From assembly GCA_001800815.1 (NCBI GenBank), contig MGWC01000001.1:54431-118430 (forward strand): 64,000 nt of DNA. Direction: 5' to 3'. Made by a program: the position numbers and the translations under genes. This DNA is from Euryarchaeota archaeon RBG_19FT_COMBO_56_21 (lineage in GTDB: Archaea > Thermoplasmatota > Thermoplasmata > UBA10834). Shown here piece after piece: positions 27,720-37,300 of the stretch (the stretch's first letter is position 1; each line of letters begins with the position of its first letter). The notes beneath the pieces were generated by a model that saw only the letters and a program-made list of their open reading frames with translations, did no database searches and was not told where the DNA came from.

Positions 27720-27980
27720 ATGCTATCCCATTGTCCTGGATCCCTGTGGTTCAAGCAGCCAGTCCCAGAGCCAGTCAAATGCCCCTCCTGCGGCAAGGAG
27801 GTGGAGATCTTCACGAACGAGCAAACGATGAAGTGCTACCACTGCGGCGGGATCGTGACGAGGGAGAAGAGGCCGAGCTGCTTCGATTGGTGTAAGTACG
27901 CGGATCAGTGCATAGCTGAACTCGTGGCCCAAAGAAGAGGGGCAGGGGATTCGTCAGCCCGATGCCCGGAAGAGGAATGA
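27720..27980 (+). CDS. Small Cys-rich Zn-ribbon/metal-binding protein
   Basis: HCPG, CPSCG.EVEIF, CYHCG and SCFDWC..A..C motifs: 8 conserved-looking Cys in 86 aa. Confidence 0.75.
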   Translation: MLSHCPGSLWFKQPVPEPVKCPSCGKEVEIFTNEQTMKCYHCGGIVTREKRPSCFDWCKYADQCIAELVAQRRGAGDSSARCPEEE

Positions 27981-27994
27981 AACGAGTGGTTTTC

Positions 27995-29299
27995 TCACCC
28001 GACGGCTTCCTCGACCACTGGGTCCACAATCTGCTCCGCCCTCACGGAGGGCGCCCTCGTGAATATGGCGACGACGAAAGCTAGCATCGAAGCGATCCCG
28101 ACGACGACGAAGACGTAGACAAACCCCGCCTGCGAGCCCGCAAGGACCCCAGGGATTAGCGCGCCGAGAACACCCGCAAGGCCGTAGGATGTGAAGACAT
28201 AGCCATAGTTGTTGCCGAAGTTGGCAGAGCCGAAGTACTCCGAGGTCGTCGATGGGAACAGTGCGAAATTGCCTCCGAACGTGAACCCTACCAGCGAGGC
28301 GAAGGTCGTGAGTCCCACGAAATGAACGAGCTCTCCCTCCGGCTTCAATGCGAAGAATCCCGCCGCGCAGAACATCACGACCGCCTGAATGATGAACATC
28401 AGTTTCAGCGTGGTCATCCGGCCCAGTCTGTCGGACAGTCTCCCCCAACCGATCCTTCCTCCAGCATTGAAAAGGGCGAGGATCCCAGCGATAGTCTGGA
28501 ATTCCGCGACCACCATAGTCGTCTTTGACGGATCTAGGTATGCCGCGAGGTTCTTCACATTGCTGATCATCATGAGTCCCGCCGTTCCGGAAAGCGCGAA
28601 CATGACCCAAAGCATCACGAAACTCCTGGTCCTCATCATCTCCCTCTGGGTGAAGTCCAACTTGTGGTTGTTTCTGTTGTTCGAGGGAGGGACAAATCCC
28701 TTCGGCATCCAACCCGCAGTAGGATTCGACAAGAGCTGCGCGCCCACAAGGACCATTCCCATGTAGATGAGTCCGAGGTAGATGAAGGCGTTTTCCAGGC
28801 CGCTGTCGGATATAAGCAACTTGCCAATCTGTGTGAATATGAAGGCGCCCGCGCCGAAACCAGCGACGGCGATTCCACTTACTAGGCCCTTCCTGTCAGG
28901 GAACCATTTCATGCCCGCGGCGAGAGGGCAGACATATCCGAACCCGAGGCCAATCCCACCAACGCCGCCATACGTAAGGTACATTAGGACGATGTTCTCC
29001 GTGGACAGCGAAGAAAGCACATAGCCTGCCCCGAGGATGAGTCCGCCAATCGTGGCGACCATCCTGGGTCCCCGCCTGTCCTGGATCTTGCCGGCAAAGA
29101 TCACGGTGATGGCGAACACTGCTATGGCCGCAGCGAATATGCCAAGGATTTGGAATGAGGTTGCTGGGTAGCCGAGCGAGTCCGACAGGGGGCTGGTGAA
29201 TATCGAGAACGCATAGAGCGATCCGAGTGCCAACTGAATCGTGAGCGCACCAACTACAACCATCCATCTGTTCGTAGACTTCTTATCGTCCTGACCCAT
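27995..29299 (-). CDS. OFA-family (oxalate/formate antiporter-like) MFS transporter
   Basis: About 12 hydrophobic segments; G..QDR.GPR, KWFPDRKGL..G..VAGFG and N.GGR..WG.LSDR.GR motifs. Confidence 0.88.
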   Translation of the reverse strand: MGQDDKKSTNRWMVVVGALTIQLALGSLYAFSIFTSPLSDSLGYPATSFQILGIFAAAIAVFAITVIFAGKIQDRRGPRMVATIGGLILGAGYVLSSLSTENIVLMYLTYGGVGGIGLGFGYVCPLAAGMKWFPDRKGLVSGIAVAGFGAGAFIFTQIGKLLISDSGLENAFIYLGLIYMGMVLVGAQLLSNPTAGWMPKGFVPPSNNRNNHKLDFTQREMMRTRSFVMLWVMFALSGTAGLMMISNVKNLAAYLDPSKTTMVVAEFQTIAGILALFNAGGRIGWGRLSDRLGRMTTLKLMFIIQAVVMFCAAGFFALKPEGELVHFVGLTTFASLVGFTFGGNFALFPSTTSEYFGSANFGNNYGYVFTSYGLAGVLGALIPGVLAGSQAGFVYVFVVVGIASMLAFVVAIFTRAPSVRAEQIVDPVVEEAVG

Positions 29300-29355
29300 C
29301 CTATCCGTTCTCCCAACTGCTGTTACCTTGTTGGATTAGTCACGACCGCGAATCA

Positions 29356-29910
29356 TCAGAGCAATCTCACGAAACCCGTTGACAGATCGTACATGCCGCC
29401 GACTATTGCAAGCTTCCCGGATGCCATAGCATCTCTAATCACTCGACCACCGTTCGCGATCTGCCCCATCTGCAACTTCACGTTCGCTTCGGCGATCGCA
29501 TCGACGTTGTTCGCCTCGCAACCCGAGAGCAACTTCCGTGCCTGATCGATGTCGCGGGCCACTCCCCCGAGTCCTTCGTGAGCCTCGTCCTCCAAGGCGG
29601 CCTTCACGGCTCCACAATCGGTGTGACCCAATACCAGTATCGTGCGGATGTGCAGCGTTCTGACTGCATACTCCAAGCTACCCATGACTGCTGGATCCGA
29701 AGCGCTGTTGCCGGCAATCCTAACGACGAAGGCATCGCCTATTGACAGGTTGAACACCTTCTCCGGAATCACCCGACAGTCTGAACAACTGAGAATGGCA
29801 ATTGATGGCTCCGCCTTGACCGCCAGTCTTGAGAGCAGTGCAGGGTCGGTATTCCTCCGAAATACCTTGTTGCCATCCGTCAACCTCATCTGCACGTTCA
29901 CATGACCCAC
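29356..29910 (-). CDS. Beta-class carbonic anhydrase
   Basis: L..GN..F, SCSDCR, RIAGN, GSLEYA, GHTDCGAV and YDLSTG motifs. Confidence 0.92.
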   Translation of the reverse strand: MGHVNVQMRLTDGNKVFRRNTDPALLSRLAVKAEPSIAILSCSDCRVIPEKVFNLSIGDAFVVRIAGNSASDPAVMGSLEYAVRTLHIRTILVLGHTDCGAVKAALEDEAHEGLGGVARDIDQARKLLSGCEANNVDAIAEANVKLQMGQIANGGRVIRDAMASGKLAIVGGMYDLSTGFVRLL

Positions 29911-29980
29911 CGCCTTTCGCCCCTGTCCATCGCATATCGTCGTGATACCGAAGATCTCCCTTTTTCAGAACAACCGCCCT

Positions 29981-31735
29981 CTAGTTATCCAGAGTCGACG
30001 TGTCCCCTATGGGCAACCCGAGATCTTTCGCCCTCAGCATCCGCCTCATAATCTTGCCGCTCCTTGTCTTGGGGAGCGACTTCACGATCTCTATCTCTCT
30101 GGGGTATGCGTGCCCGGCGAGCTTGGTCTTGACGAACTTCTGAATATCTTCTTTGAGCTGTGGAGATTCCGAGAAGCCTGGCGTGAGCACAATGAAGGCT
30201 TTGATGATGTTGCCCCTCAGTTCATCAGGCTTTCCGATCACACCTGCCTCGGCTACTGCCGGATGCTCGATCAGAGCGCTCTCCACCTCGAACGGGCCGA
30301 CCCGCTCTCCCGCGGTCTTGATCACATCGTCAGCCCGGCCGACATACCAGAAGTAACCGTCCTTGTCGATCTGGGCGGTGTCGCCCGTGTAGTACCATCC
30401 GTTCCTGAAGTACTCGCTGTATTTCGCAGGGTTGTTCCAGATCTGCCTCATCATGGACGGCCAGCCTGGCCTGATGGCTAGACTGCCCTCCTCTCCTTGG
30501 GGCAATACGTTGCCGGAGTCGCCGAGTATGGCGGCCTCGACGCCTGGAAGAGGCTTTCCCATGGAGCCTGGCTTGATGTCCATCTCTGGGAAATTCGTAA
30601 TGAGGATCGAACCCGTTTCGGTCTGCCACCATGTGTCATGAAACGGCTTGAGGTCGAAGACGTCGAGAGCCCACTTCACACCCTCGGGGTTGAGGGGCTC
30701 GCCGACGGAGTAGAGAACCCGCAGCGATGAGAGGTCATACTTCATCGGCAGGTCGTCGCCCTTGGCCATCAGCATTCGGACGGCCGTCGGTGCGGTGTAC
30801 CAGATTGTGATCTTGTAGGCCTGAATGGTCTTGTACCAGCGCTCGGGGTCGAACCTTCCAGCAAGGCCAACCTGCGTCACGCCGTTAGACCATGGTCCGA
30901 GACATCCGTAGACGACCCCAGTGACCCACCCGAGGTCTGCGGTGCACCAGTACACATCTTCATCGTGCACGTCGAGGACCCAGTATGTGGAGAGGTGCAC
31001 CTGCACGATGTCCTTGTGCGCGTGCATGACGCCCTTGGGCTTACCCGTCGTGCCTGACGTGTACAGCATGTACGAGAACTCCTCGGGATCCATCGGCGTG
31101 GCGTCGAACTTGTCGCTCGCAGCCGCCATTTCCTCCTCCCAGCTGATCTCGTTGGCCGCGACGTCCTTGCCGACTATCACCATATGCTTCAGCTCGGGCA
31201 GGAGGCTCTTGACTTCGTACACACGCTTCTTGAGAGCACTATCTGTCACAAGCACGACAGCCCCGCTATCCTGCAATCTGTCTCTGATTGCGTCGGGGCC
31301 GAACGCAGGGAACATGGGGCTGGCAATCGCGCCGTACTTGATGGCTCCGATGAATCCGACGTACAGCTCAGGAGACCTCGACAGGAAGAAGAAGATCCTG
31401 TCCTGCCTTTTGATGTCGAGCTTTTTGAGCAGATTGGCGAACTTGTTCGTCAGGACATTCAACTGGCCGAACGTGAATTTCTGAGCGTTCCCCTCACCAT
31501 CATCGAAAATCAGCGCGATCTTGTCCTTCCGCTCCCCCTTGGCATGGCGGTCGATGCAGTTGTATGCAGCATTGATCTTGCCTCCGGGAAACCATTCGAC
31601 CATCTTGTCGGCGTCAGACCACTTGAAGGTCTTCCTCAGCTGCTCGAAGCCTTGAAGGTTCGGCTTCAGCCTGAGCCTCGCCGGGTCCTTCTTCACGATC
31701 TGACCATGCATAAGTTCCGTGCCTTTGTCAGCCAT
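29981..31735 (-). CDS. acs: AMP-forming acetate--CoA ligase
   Basis: YTSGTTGKPKG, WCTADLGWVTG, SVGEPLNPE, DTWWQTETG, GRADD and LPKTRSGKIMRR motifs; ATG at 31735. Confidence 0.92.
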   Translation of the reverse strand: MADKGTELMHGQIVKKDPARLRLKPNLQGFEQLRKTFKWSDADKMVEWFPGGKINAAYNCIDRHAKGERKDKIALIFDDGEGNAQKFTFGQLNVLTNKFANLLKKLDIKRQDRIFFFLSRSPELYVGFIGAIKYGAIASPMFPAFGPDAIRDRLQDSGAVVLVTDSALKKRVYEVKSLLPELKHMVIVGKDVAANEISWEEEMAAASDKFDATPMDPEEFSYMLYTSGTTGKPKGVMHAHKDIVQVHLSTYWVLDVHDEDVYWCTADLGWVTGVVYGCLGPWSNGVTQVGLAGRFDPERWYKTIQAYKITIWYTAPTAVRMLMAKGDDLPMKYDLSSLRVLYSVGEPLNPEGVKWALDVFDLKPFHDTWWQTETGSILITNFPEMDIKPGSMGKPLPGVEAAILGDSGNVLPQGEEGSLAIRPGWPSMMRQIWNNPAKYSEYFRNGWYYTGDTAQIDKDGYFWYVGRADDVIKTAGERVGPFEVESALIEHPAVAEAGVIGKPDELRGNIIKAFIVLTPGFSESPQLKEDIQKFVKTKLAGHAYPREIEIVKSLPKTRSGKIMRRMLRAKDLGLPIGDTSTLDN

Positions 31736-31850
31736 CCTTTCCACATCCGACGTGTGTATGCAACACATGTCTGCGCTTCTGGTATCGACACCCTATCTGC
31801 TGGGCCCCCGCAATAGGGTCCTGGCAGCATTTCAGGTCGATTCCTGGCGC
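31736..31850 (-). promoter_or_regulatory. Structured ~115-nt leader of the acs-CA-OFA operon
   Basis: TATA-like GAAAAGGATTATTAC near 31882-31868; nested ATCGAC/GTCGAT and ACCCTAT/ATAGGGT stems, plus a GACATGTGT/ACACACGTC hairpin. Confidence 0.45.
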
Positions 31851-32050
31851 CCCCATTCTTAAGTAGGTAATAATCCTTTTCGATGCGACAACGCCGATTC
31901 CTAGACCAAAACATGCAGCGAAGTTATGATAGGAAAAGGGTGGGACGCCGACTTTCGACACTGCATGACAGGAATCGAACTTATTCCGATAGGGACGCTC
32001 AACAGCCCAGAAAGGACCCAAGTAGTGCTCAGGATGATGGGAGAACCCTA

Positions 32051-32728
32051 CTAGCCTTCCCAGTCCATGAGGGCAACTGCAAGTATTGACGCTATGAACT
32101 CCATCCACTTGATGGCCTGCGCATCTGGCAGTTTGACGTCCCATGTGCCGCCAGTCTCTATCCAGCCGACTACTTCCCTGTTCCTACCATGTATGTAGAC
32201 ATCAATGTAATCGCCTTCGACATATGCATCGGGCGTCTTGCGTTTCATTCTCATGCCCATCTGGGCATCAAAGGTGCCCTTCTCCGTATCGAGATACGGC
32301 TTCTCCTCGAAGAGGAACAGCCTCGTAGACTCGCTTATCGTGAAACCTCCCCACTTGGTGAAGTCCCCGAAATCCTCCTTGGTGTATGCGAGAGCCTTGT
32401 GCTCCGACCAGACGAATTCCCTCATGCCGGCCATCACAAGGTATCGGTACATGCCATCAGAAGGAGTCCTGACCCCTATCGAGACCTCCTTTATCCTAAG
32501 CTGCTTATGGATCAGCTTTGCTGCGTCCTGAAGAAGCGCGACAACTTTCAAGCGCGGCTCCTTGAAGTGATTGAGCAGCTCGGTCAGACTGTCAAGCATG
32601 CGGTCGGTCGATTCCTTGGAGGCATATGTGTACTCGAACCTGAGCTTCCGCACTACCTCTTGGGAAGTGATCGCCGACTGCTTCGGAGGCGACTTTGCAG
32701 CGTTTGTATCTTGTGACATGGTCTCCAT
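32051..32728 (-). CDS. Hypothetical protein, possibly a stand-alone GAF-like domain
   Basis: Long ORF with host codon usage; helix followed by VSIG..DG.YRY...G and I.GRN.EVVGWIE pattern typical of GAF folds. Start uncertain. Confidence 0.55.
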   Translation of the reverse strand: METMSQDTNAAKSPPKQSAITSQEVVRKLRFEYTYASKESTDRMLDSLTELLNHFKEPRLKVVALLQDAAKLIHKQLRIKEVSIGVRTPSDGMYRYLVMAGMREFVWSEHKALAYTKEDFGDFTKWGGFTISESTRLFLFEEKPYLDTEKGTFDAQMGMRMKRKTPDAYVEGDYIDVYIHGRNREVVGWIETGGTWDVKLPDAQAIKWMEFIASILAVALMDWEG

Positions 32729-33086
32729 GGCCGGGGACTGTGAACTGGACTTCGTAAGGCTGTCTGGGCCGAACTGCAGATCGTGGATACAGCCACATTT
32801 CCATCGGGCCGATGTACGATGACCTTCTGAATGAATGCTGCCGTGCAGTAGGTCCGCCCAGACACTGCGCATCTTAGTTATTATCTTTTATGACGTTAGC
32901 ATTTCGGAGGGGTTATAAGACGTGAGGGTGCAGGTGGCGAAACGTGATAATCAGCCGGAAATCGGCTATAAAACCCCCAAGCTGCTGGTCTATGACGCAG
33001 AAAAAGGGCCGATGCAATCTCCATGATAGGCAGGAGTCGGGTGACTCCTAGCTGGGAGTCCCCGAGACGGGAGGAGTCCGGGCGTC

Positions 33087-33977
33087 CTACTCCTTGTATT
33101 TATGATGTATCTTGGCGGCATGCACTGTATTCTTCATCAGCATCGTGATGGTCATCGGACCAACTCCGCCAGGGACAGGGGTTATTGCCTTCGCCTTCTC
33201 TTTCACCGCCTCGAAATCGACATCGCCCACTAGCCTGCAACCGCCCTTCGCCGCGGGGTCATTGATCCGGTTTACGCCCACATCGATGACAACCACCCCG
33301 TCCTTGACCATGTCGGCCTTCACGAAGTTCGGAGAGCCGATGGCAGCGATCAGTATGTCTGCCTGTCTTGTGATCTCTGAGAGGTTCTTCGTCCGCGAAT
33401 GACAGATCGTTACGGTGGCGTCGGCCCCCTTTGCCTTCTGTACAAGGATGCAGGCAACAGGCTTGCCAACGATGTTGCTTCTCCCAAGCACCACAACATG
33501 CTTCCCTGCTGGATCGTTCCCGCTCCGCATCAGAAGCTCCTGGACTCCATGCGGCGTGCATGGCTTGTAGGATTCTGCACCGACTACGAGCTTACCGACA
33601 TTGATCGGGTGGAATCCGTCGACATCCTTGCTCGGGTCTATCCTGATAAGCACCTTCTCCTCGCTGATATGCTTTGGAAGCGGCAGTTGGACGAGGATCC
33701 CGTCGAATTTCGAGTTCTCATTATATTGGTCGATGACCTTCAGCAACTCGTCCTCAGTCGTAGTCGCTGGAAGGCGCAGGGTCTCGGAGCAAATACCCAA
33801 CTCATTGCATGCCTCACCCTTCTTGCGCACATACACTTGTGATGCGGGATCTTCACCCACGATAATGACCACGAGGCCGGGTTCGATGCCCGACTGTTTC
33901 AGCTTCGCGACTTCCGCCTTGATTTCGGCTCTGATACTCTTCGCGACCTCATTGCCACTAATGATTTGCGCAGTCAT
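33087..33977 (-). CDS. folD: Methylene-THF dehydrogenase/cyclohydrolase
   Basis: SQVYVRKK, GILVQLPLP, KDVDGFHP, PCTP, GRSNIVGKP and TPVPGGVGPMT motifs. Confidence 0.97.
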   Translation of the reverse strand: MTAQIISGNEVAKSIRAEIKAEVAKLKQSGIEPGLVVIIVGEDPASQVYVRKKGEACNELGICSETLRLPATTTEDELLKVIDQYNENSKFDGILVQLPLPKHISEEKVLIRIDPSKDVDGFHPINVGKLVVGAESYKPCTPHGVQELLMRSGNDPAGKHVVVLGRSNIVGKPVACILVQKAKGADATVTICHSRTKNLSEITRQADILIAAIGSPNFVKADMVKDGVVVIDVGVNRINDPAAKGGCRLVGDVDFEAVKEKAKAITPVPGGVGPMTITMLMKNTVHAAKIHHKYKE

Positions 33978-34227
33978 CCTTGGCCCTCCGAAAACCGGAT
34001 GCAGACGCCGTACTTAAGGATTCGGGAATGACACCATCAGCGTGCTATCTGAGACGGTAGAATACGTCCTGCACATCGATATCACGAACTCAAGTATGTG
34101 CCCCGGCGGAATGCTGACAGCCCCAAAGTGAATCGGGTACTATCTCCGCTCCGATTCGCTATTTTAGACCGAAATTCGAAAAAGCTAACTAGGCGCGTAC
34201 AATACTCCCTTGAAAGGAGGTCAAGAA

Positions 34228-35910
34228 ATGGCTCCAATGCCGAAGGACATTGAGATTGCGCAGGCAGCGAAGGTTCAGCACATAGAGAAGATCGCGGAGA
34301 AGATTGGCCTCTCTCGCGATGACCTTGAATTCTACGGGAAGTACAAGGCGAAGGTTCCGTTGGAAGTGTTGAAACGCTTCGACAAGAACAAGGATGGCAA
34401 GCTCATCTTCGTGACTGCTATCACAGCGACGAAGGCAGGTGAGGGAAAGACCGTAACATCCATCGGCCTGTGCCAGGGGATGGGGGTGCTCGGCAAGAAA
34501 GTGATGTTATCACTTAGAGAGCCTTCCCTAGGCCCGACATTTGGGATCAAGGGAGGCGCAACTGGTGGTGGGTACTCGCAGATCTATCCAATGTGGGATA
34601 TTGACCTGCACTTCACAGGGGACATACACGCTGTGGGAACGGCGCACAATCTTCTCTCCGCGCTTGTTGAGAACCATGTCACAAAGAAGAATCCGCTTAA
34701 CATCGACCCGACGCGGATAGTCCTAAGGAAGGTCATGGACATGAACGCCAGGGAGCTCAGGAACATCATTGTTGGCCTTGGCGGCAGGAGCGAGGGCGGT
34801 GTGCCTCATGAGAGCGGCTTTGACATCACGGTAGCATCTGAAATCATGGCAATACTCGCGCTCTCAAAGGACATGAAGGACCTTAGGGAGAGGTTGTCAA
34901 AGGTTGTCGTCGCCTACACATACGACAACAAGCCGGTCACTGCCGACAAGCTGAAGGGCATCGGCGCGATGTGCCTCCTCCTAAAGGACGCAATCATGCC
35001 GAACCTCGTGCAGACACTTGAGGGGCAGCCGGCATTCATCCACGGGGCGCCGTTCGCGAACATCGCTCACGGGAACAGTTCGATCATCGCCACGAAGTAC
35101 GCCCTGAAAATGGCAGACTATGTCATTACCGAGGGCGGGTTCGCTGCAGACCTCGGTGGCGAGAAGTTCTACGACATCGTCTGCAGGATCGCTGGTTTGA
35201 AACCGGACGTCACCGTCATAGTCTCCAGCGTCAGGGCGCTCAAGATGCACGGCGGGATGGTCGAGGACGACATCGGAACTCCAAACCTCGTATACCTTGA
35301 GAAAGGGTTCGCCAACCTCGACAAGCACATCGAGAACATGAAGAAGTTCGGCGTGCCCGTAGTCGTAGCGCTCAACAGATTCGCGACCGATAGCCAAGAG
35401 GAGCTCGACCTGTGCAAGAAGCACTGCGACAAGATGGGCGTCAGGTCCGCGCACTCCCGCGTATTCGCTGAGGGTGGCAAAGGCGGCGTCGAGCTGGCAA
35501 AGGCCATACTAGAGTGCCTGGAGAAGGAGAAGTCCCACTTCAAGGTCTTGTACGACGAGAAGCTCCCGATCAAGAAGAAGATAGAGACAATCGCGAAGGA
35601 GATCTACGGCGCAGACGGAGTCGTGTATACTGGCTCGGCATCGTCGGACATCGCGGCGATAGAGAAGTCTGGGAACGACAAGCTGCCGATCTGCATGGCG
35701 AAGACACAGCTCTCCATATCCGACGACCCCAAGGTCAAGGGGGCTCCGAAGGGATGGACACTGACCGTCAGAGAGGTTAGACTGTCGGCAGGAGCTGGAT
35801 TCATCGTGCCCTTGACGGGCAAGATGATGACCATCCCGGGCCTACCGACCTCGCCCGCGGCCGAGAGGATCAACATCGACGACAAGGGCTACATAACCGG
35901 TTTGAACTGA
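34228..35910 (+). CDS. fhs: Formate--tetrahydrofolate ligase
   Basis: AGEGKT, REPSLGP.FGIKGGATGGGYSQ, LHFTGD, PFANIAHG, CMAKTQ and PGLP motifs; SD GGAGGT. Confidence 0.97.
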   Translation: MAPMPKDIEIAQAAKVQHIEKIAEKIGLSRDDLEFYGKYKAKVPLEVLKRFDKNKDGKLIFVTAITATKAGEGKTVTSIGLCQGMGVLGKKVMLSLREPSLGPTFGIKGGATGGGYSQIYPMWDIDLHFTGDIHAVGTAHNLLSALVENHVTKKNPLNIDPTRIVLRKVMDMNARELRNIIVGLGGRSEGGVPHESGFDITVASEIMAILALSKDMKDLRERLSKVVVAYTYDNKPVTADKLKGIGAMCLLLKDAIMPNLVQTLEGQPAFIHGAPFANIAHGNSSIIATKYALKMADYVITEGGFAADLGGEKFYDIVCRIAGLKPDVTVIVSSVRALKMHGGMVEDDIGTPNLVYLEKGFANLDKHIENMKKFGVPVVVALNRFATDSQEELDLCKKHCDKMGVRSAHSRVFAEGGKGGVELAKAILECLEKEKSHFKVLYDEKLPIKKKIETIAKEIYGADGVVYTGSASSDIAAIEKSGNDKLPICMAKTQLSISDDPKVKGAPKGWTLTVREVRLSAGAGFIVPLTGKMMTIPGLPTSPAAERINIDDKGYITGLN

Positions 35911-36064
35911 ACGGCCAAACCGCCCCGGGAACGCGATTCCCCTGGGAACCGCAAACCTCTTATTTCATATCATATCGGAGAGTTCTTTTATCTCTCCGCA
36001 ACTGTTTCAGCTGCCTGCTCATGCCCCACTGGATAGTGGGGCTTGGTATAGAGGGAGGGTCTTG

Positions 36065-37300
36065 ATGATGCCGATCCTGGTAATCGGAGGGGGACCAGCG
36101 GGGGTGACCGCTGCGAAATCCCTCGTTGACAAGGGTGGAGAAGTCGTCCTGGTTGAGAAGACCGACTCGCTTGGCGGAAGAGCTCGAGAGTGGACCTGCA
36201 AGGGACTAGTAGAGTGCAGGAACTGCGGTGTGTGCTATGCCATCGACCGTGCTGCGGAGCTGTTGACACAACCATCCGTTGAGGTGTTGCTGCTCTCGAA
36301 CGTGACCTTCGCGCAGAAGAGCGAGGAAGGATTCTCAGTCAAGATCAAGAGCTCTCCAAGATACGTCACGGACGATTGCATCGGATGCGGCAAGTGCGTT
36401 GCGGTCTGTCCCGTGGATGGCAAGGCGGTCTTTCCTCCAACCGGCAGCGGACAGCCCCGAGTGCACTGGATAGACCGGGACAAGTGCTTGCACTTCAAGA
36501 AAGGCAAGTGTAGCGCATGTGCAGAAATCTGTCCGACAGGCGCAGTTGACTACGAGGACCGCGCTCGCAATATCACAAGGAACGTGGCCGCCGTTGTCTA
36601 TGCGACCGGAATCGAACCCATCGAGGCCTGCGAGATGAACAGGCTTGGTTGCGGCCGATACCCCAACGTGATCTCCAGCGTAGACGCGGAGAAGACACTC
36701 AACGAGAAGGGTAGGCTGGCGAGACCATCGGATGGCAAGGCCCCGAAGAAGATAGCGATCATCCAGTGCGTCGGCTCCCGGTCTGTCAAGGTCGGAGTTG
36801 AGTACTGCTCGAAGTTCTGCTGCAAGTACGCAACCAAGATCTCGCAACTGTTGCTTGATATCGACCCAGAGGTCAACTTGGACTTCTACTTCATGGATCT
36901 TAGGACGCTCTATGAACCCCAAGACGAATTCAAAGTCTGGGCCAAGGCGAAGAAGACCGTGAAGTTGATCAGGAGCATGCCAGCGGTCATCTTCGATAGG
37001 CCCGACACCGGCAATCTGTTGGTCAGAGTGGCCAGCGAAACGGATCTGGAAATTCACGAGAGCGAATACGATCTCGTTATTCTCTCAGTTGGGATGCGCC
37101 CACACGACGCGACGGGTGACATCGCGAAGTCACTAGGAATCAACGCCGACCAGATGGGGTTCGCGGCAACCACGTCCGACCTAGAGAAGAGCGGAGTGTA
37201 TGTCTGCGGCGCGGTGACGCAACCGATGGACATTGAGGAAACTGCAGTGCGAGCGATGGCAATCGCATCCAAAATCAAGACCAGGGAGGGTGGCACATGA
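36065..37300 (+). CDS. hdrA: HdrA-like flavoprotein, first chain of the MetVF-linked module
   Basis: GGGPAG, CKG..CRNCGVC, ferredoxin insert and QCVGSR..YCSKFCCKYATK motifs. Confidence 0.85.
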   Translation: MMPILVIGGGPAGVTAAKSLVDKGGEVVLVEKTDSLGGRAREWTCKGLVECRNCGVCYAIDRAAELLTQPSVEVLLLSNVTFAQKSEEGFSVKIKSSPRYVTDDCIGCGKCVAVCPVDGKAVFPPTGSGQPRVHWIDRDKCLHFKKGKCSACAEICPTGAVDYEDRARNITRNVAAVVYATGIEPIEACEMNRLGCGRYPNVISSVDAEKTLNEKGRLARPSDGKAPKKIAIIQCVGSRSVKVGVEYCSKFCCKYATKISQLLLDIDPEVNLDFYFMDLRTLYEPQDEFKVWAKAKKTVKLIRSMPAVIFDRPDTGNLLVRVASETDLEIHESEYDLVILSVGMRPHDATGDIAKSLGINADQMGFAATTSDLEKSGVYVCGAVTQPMDIEETAVRAMAIASKIKTREGGT

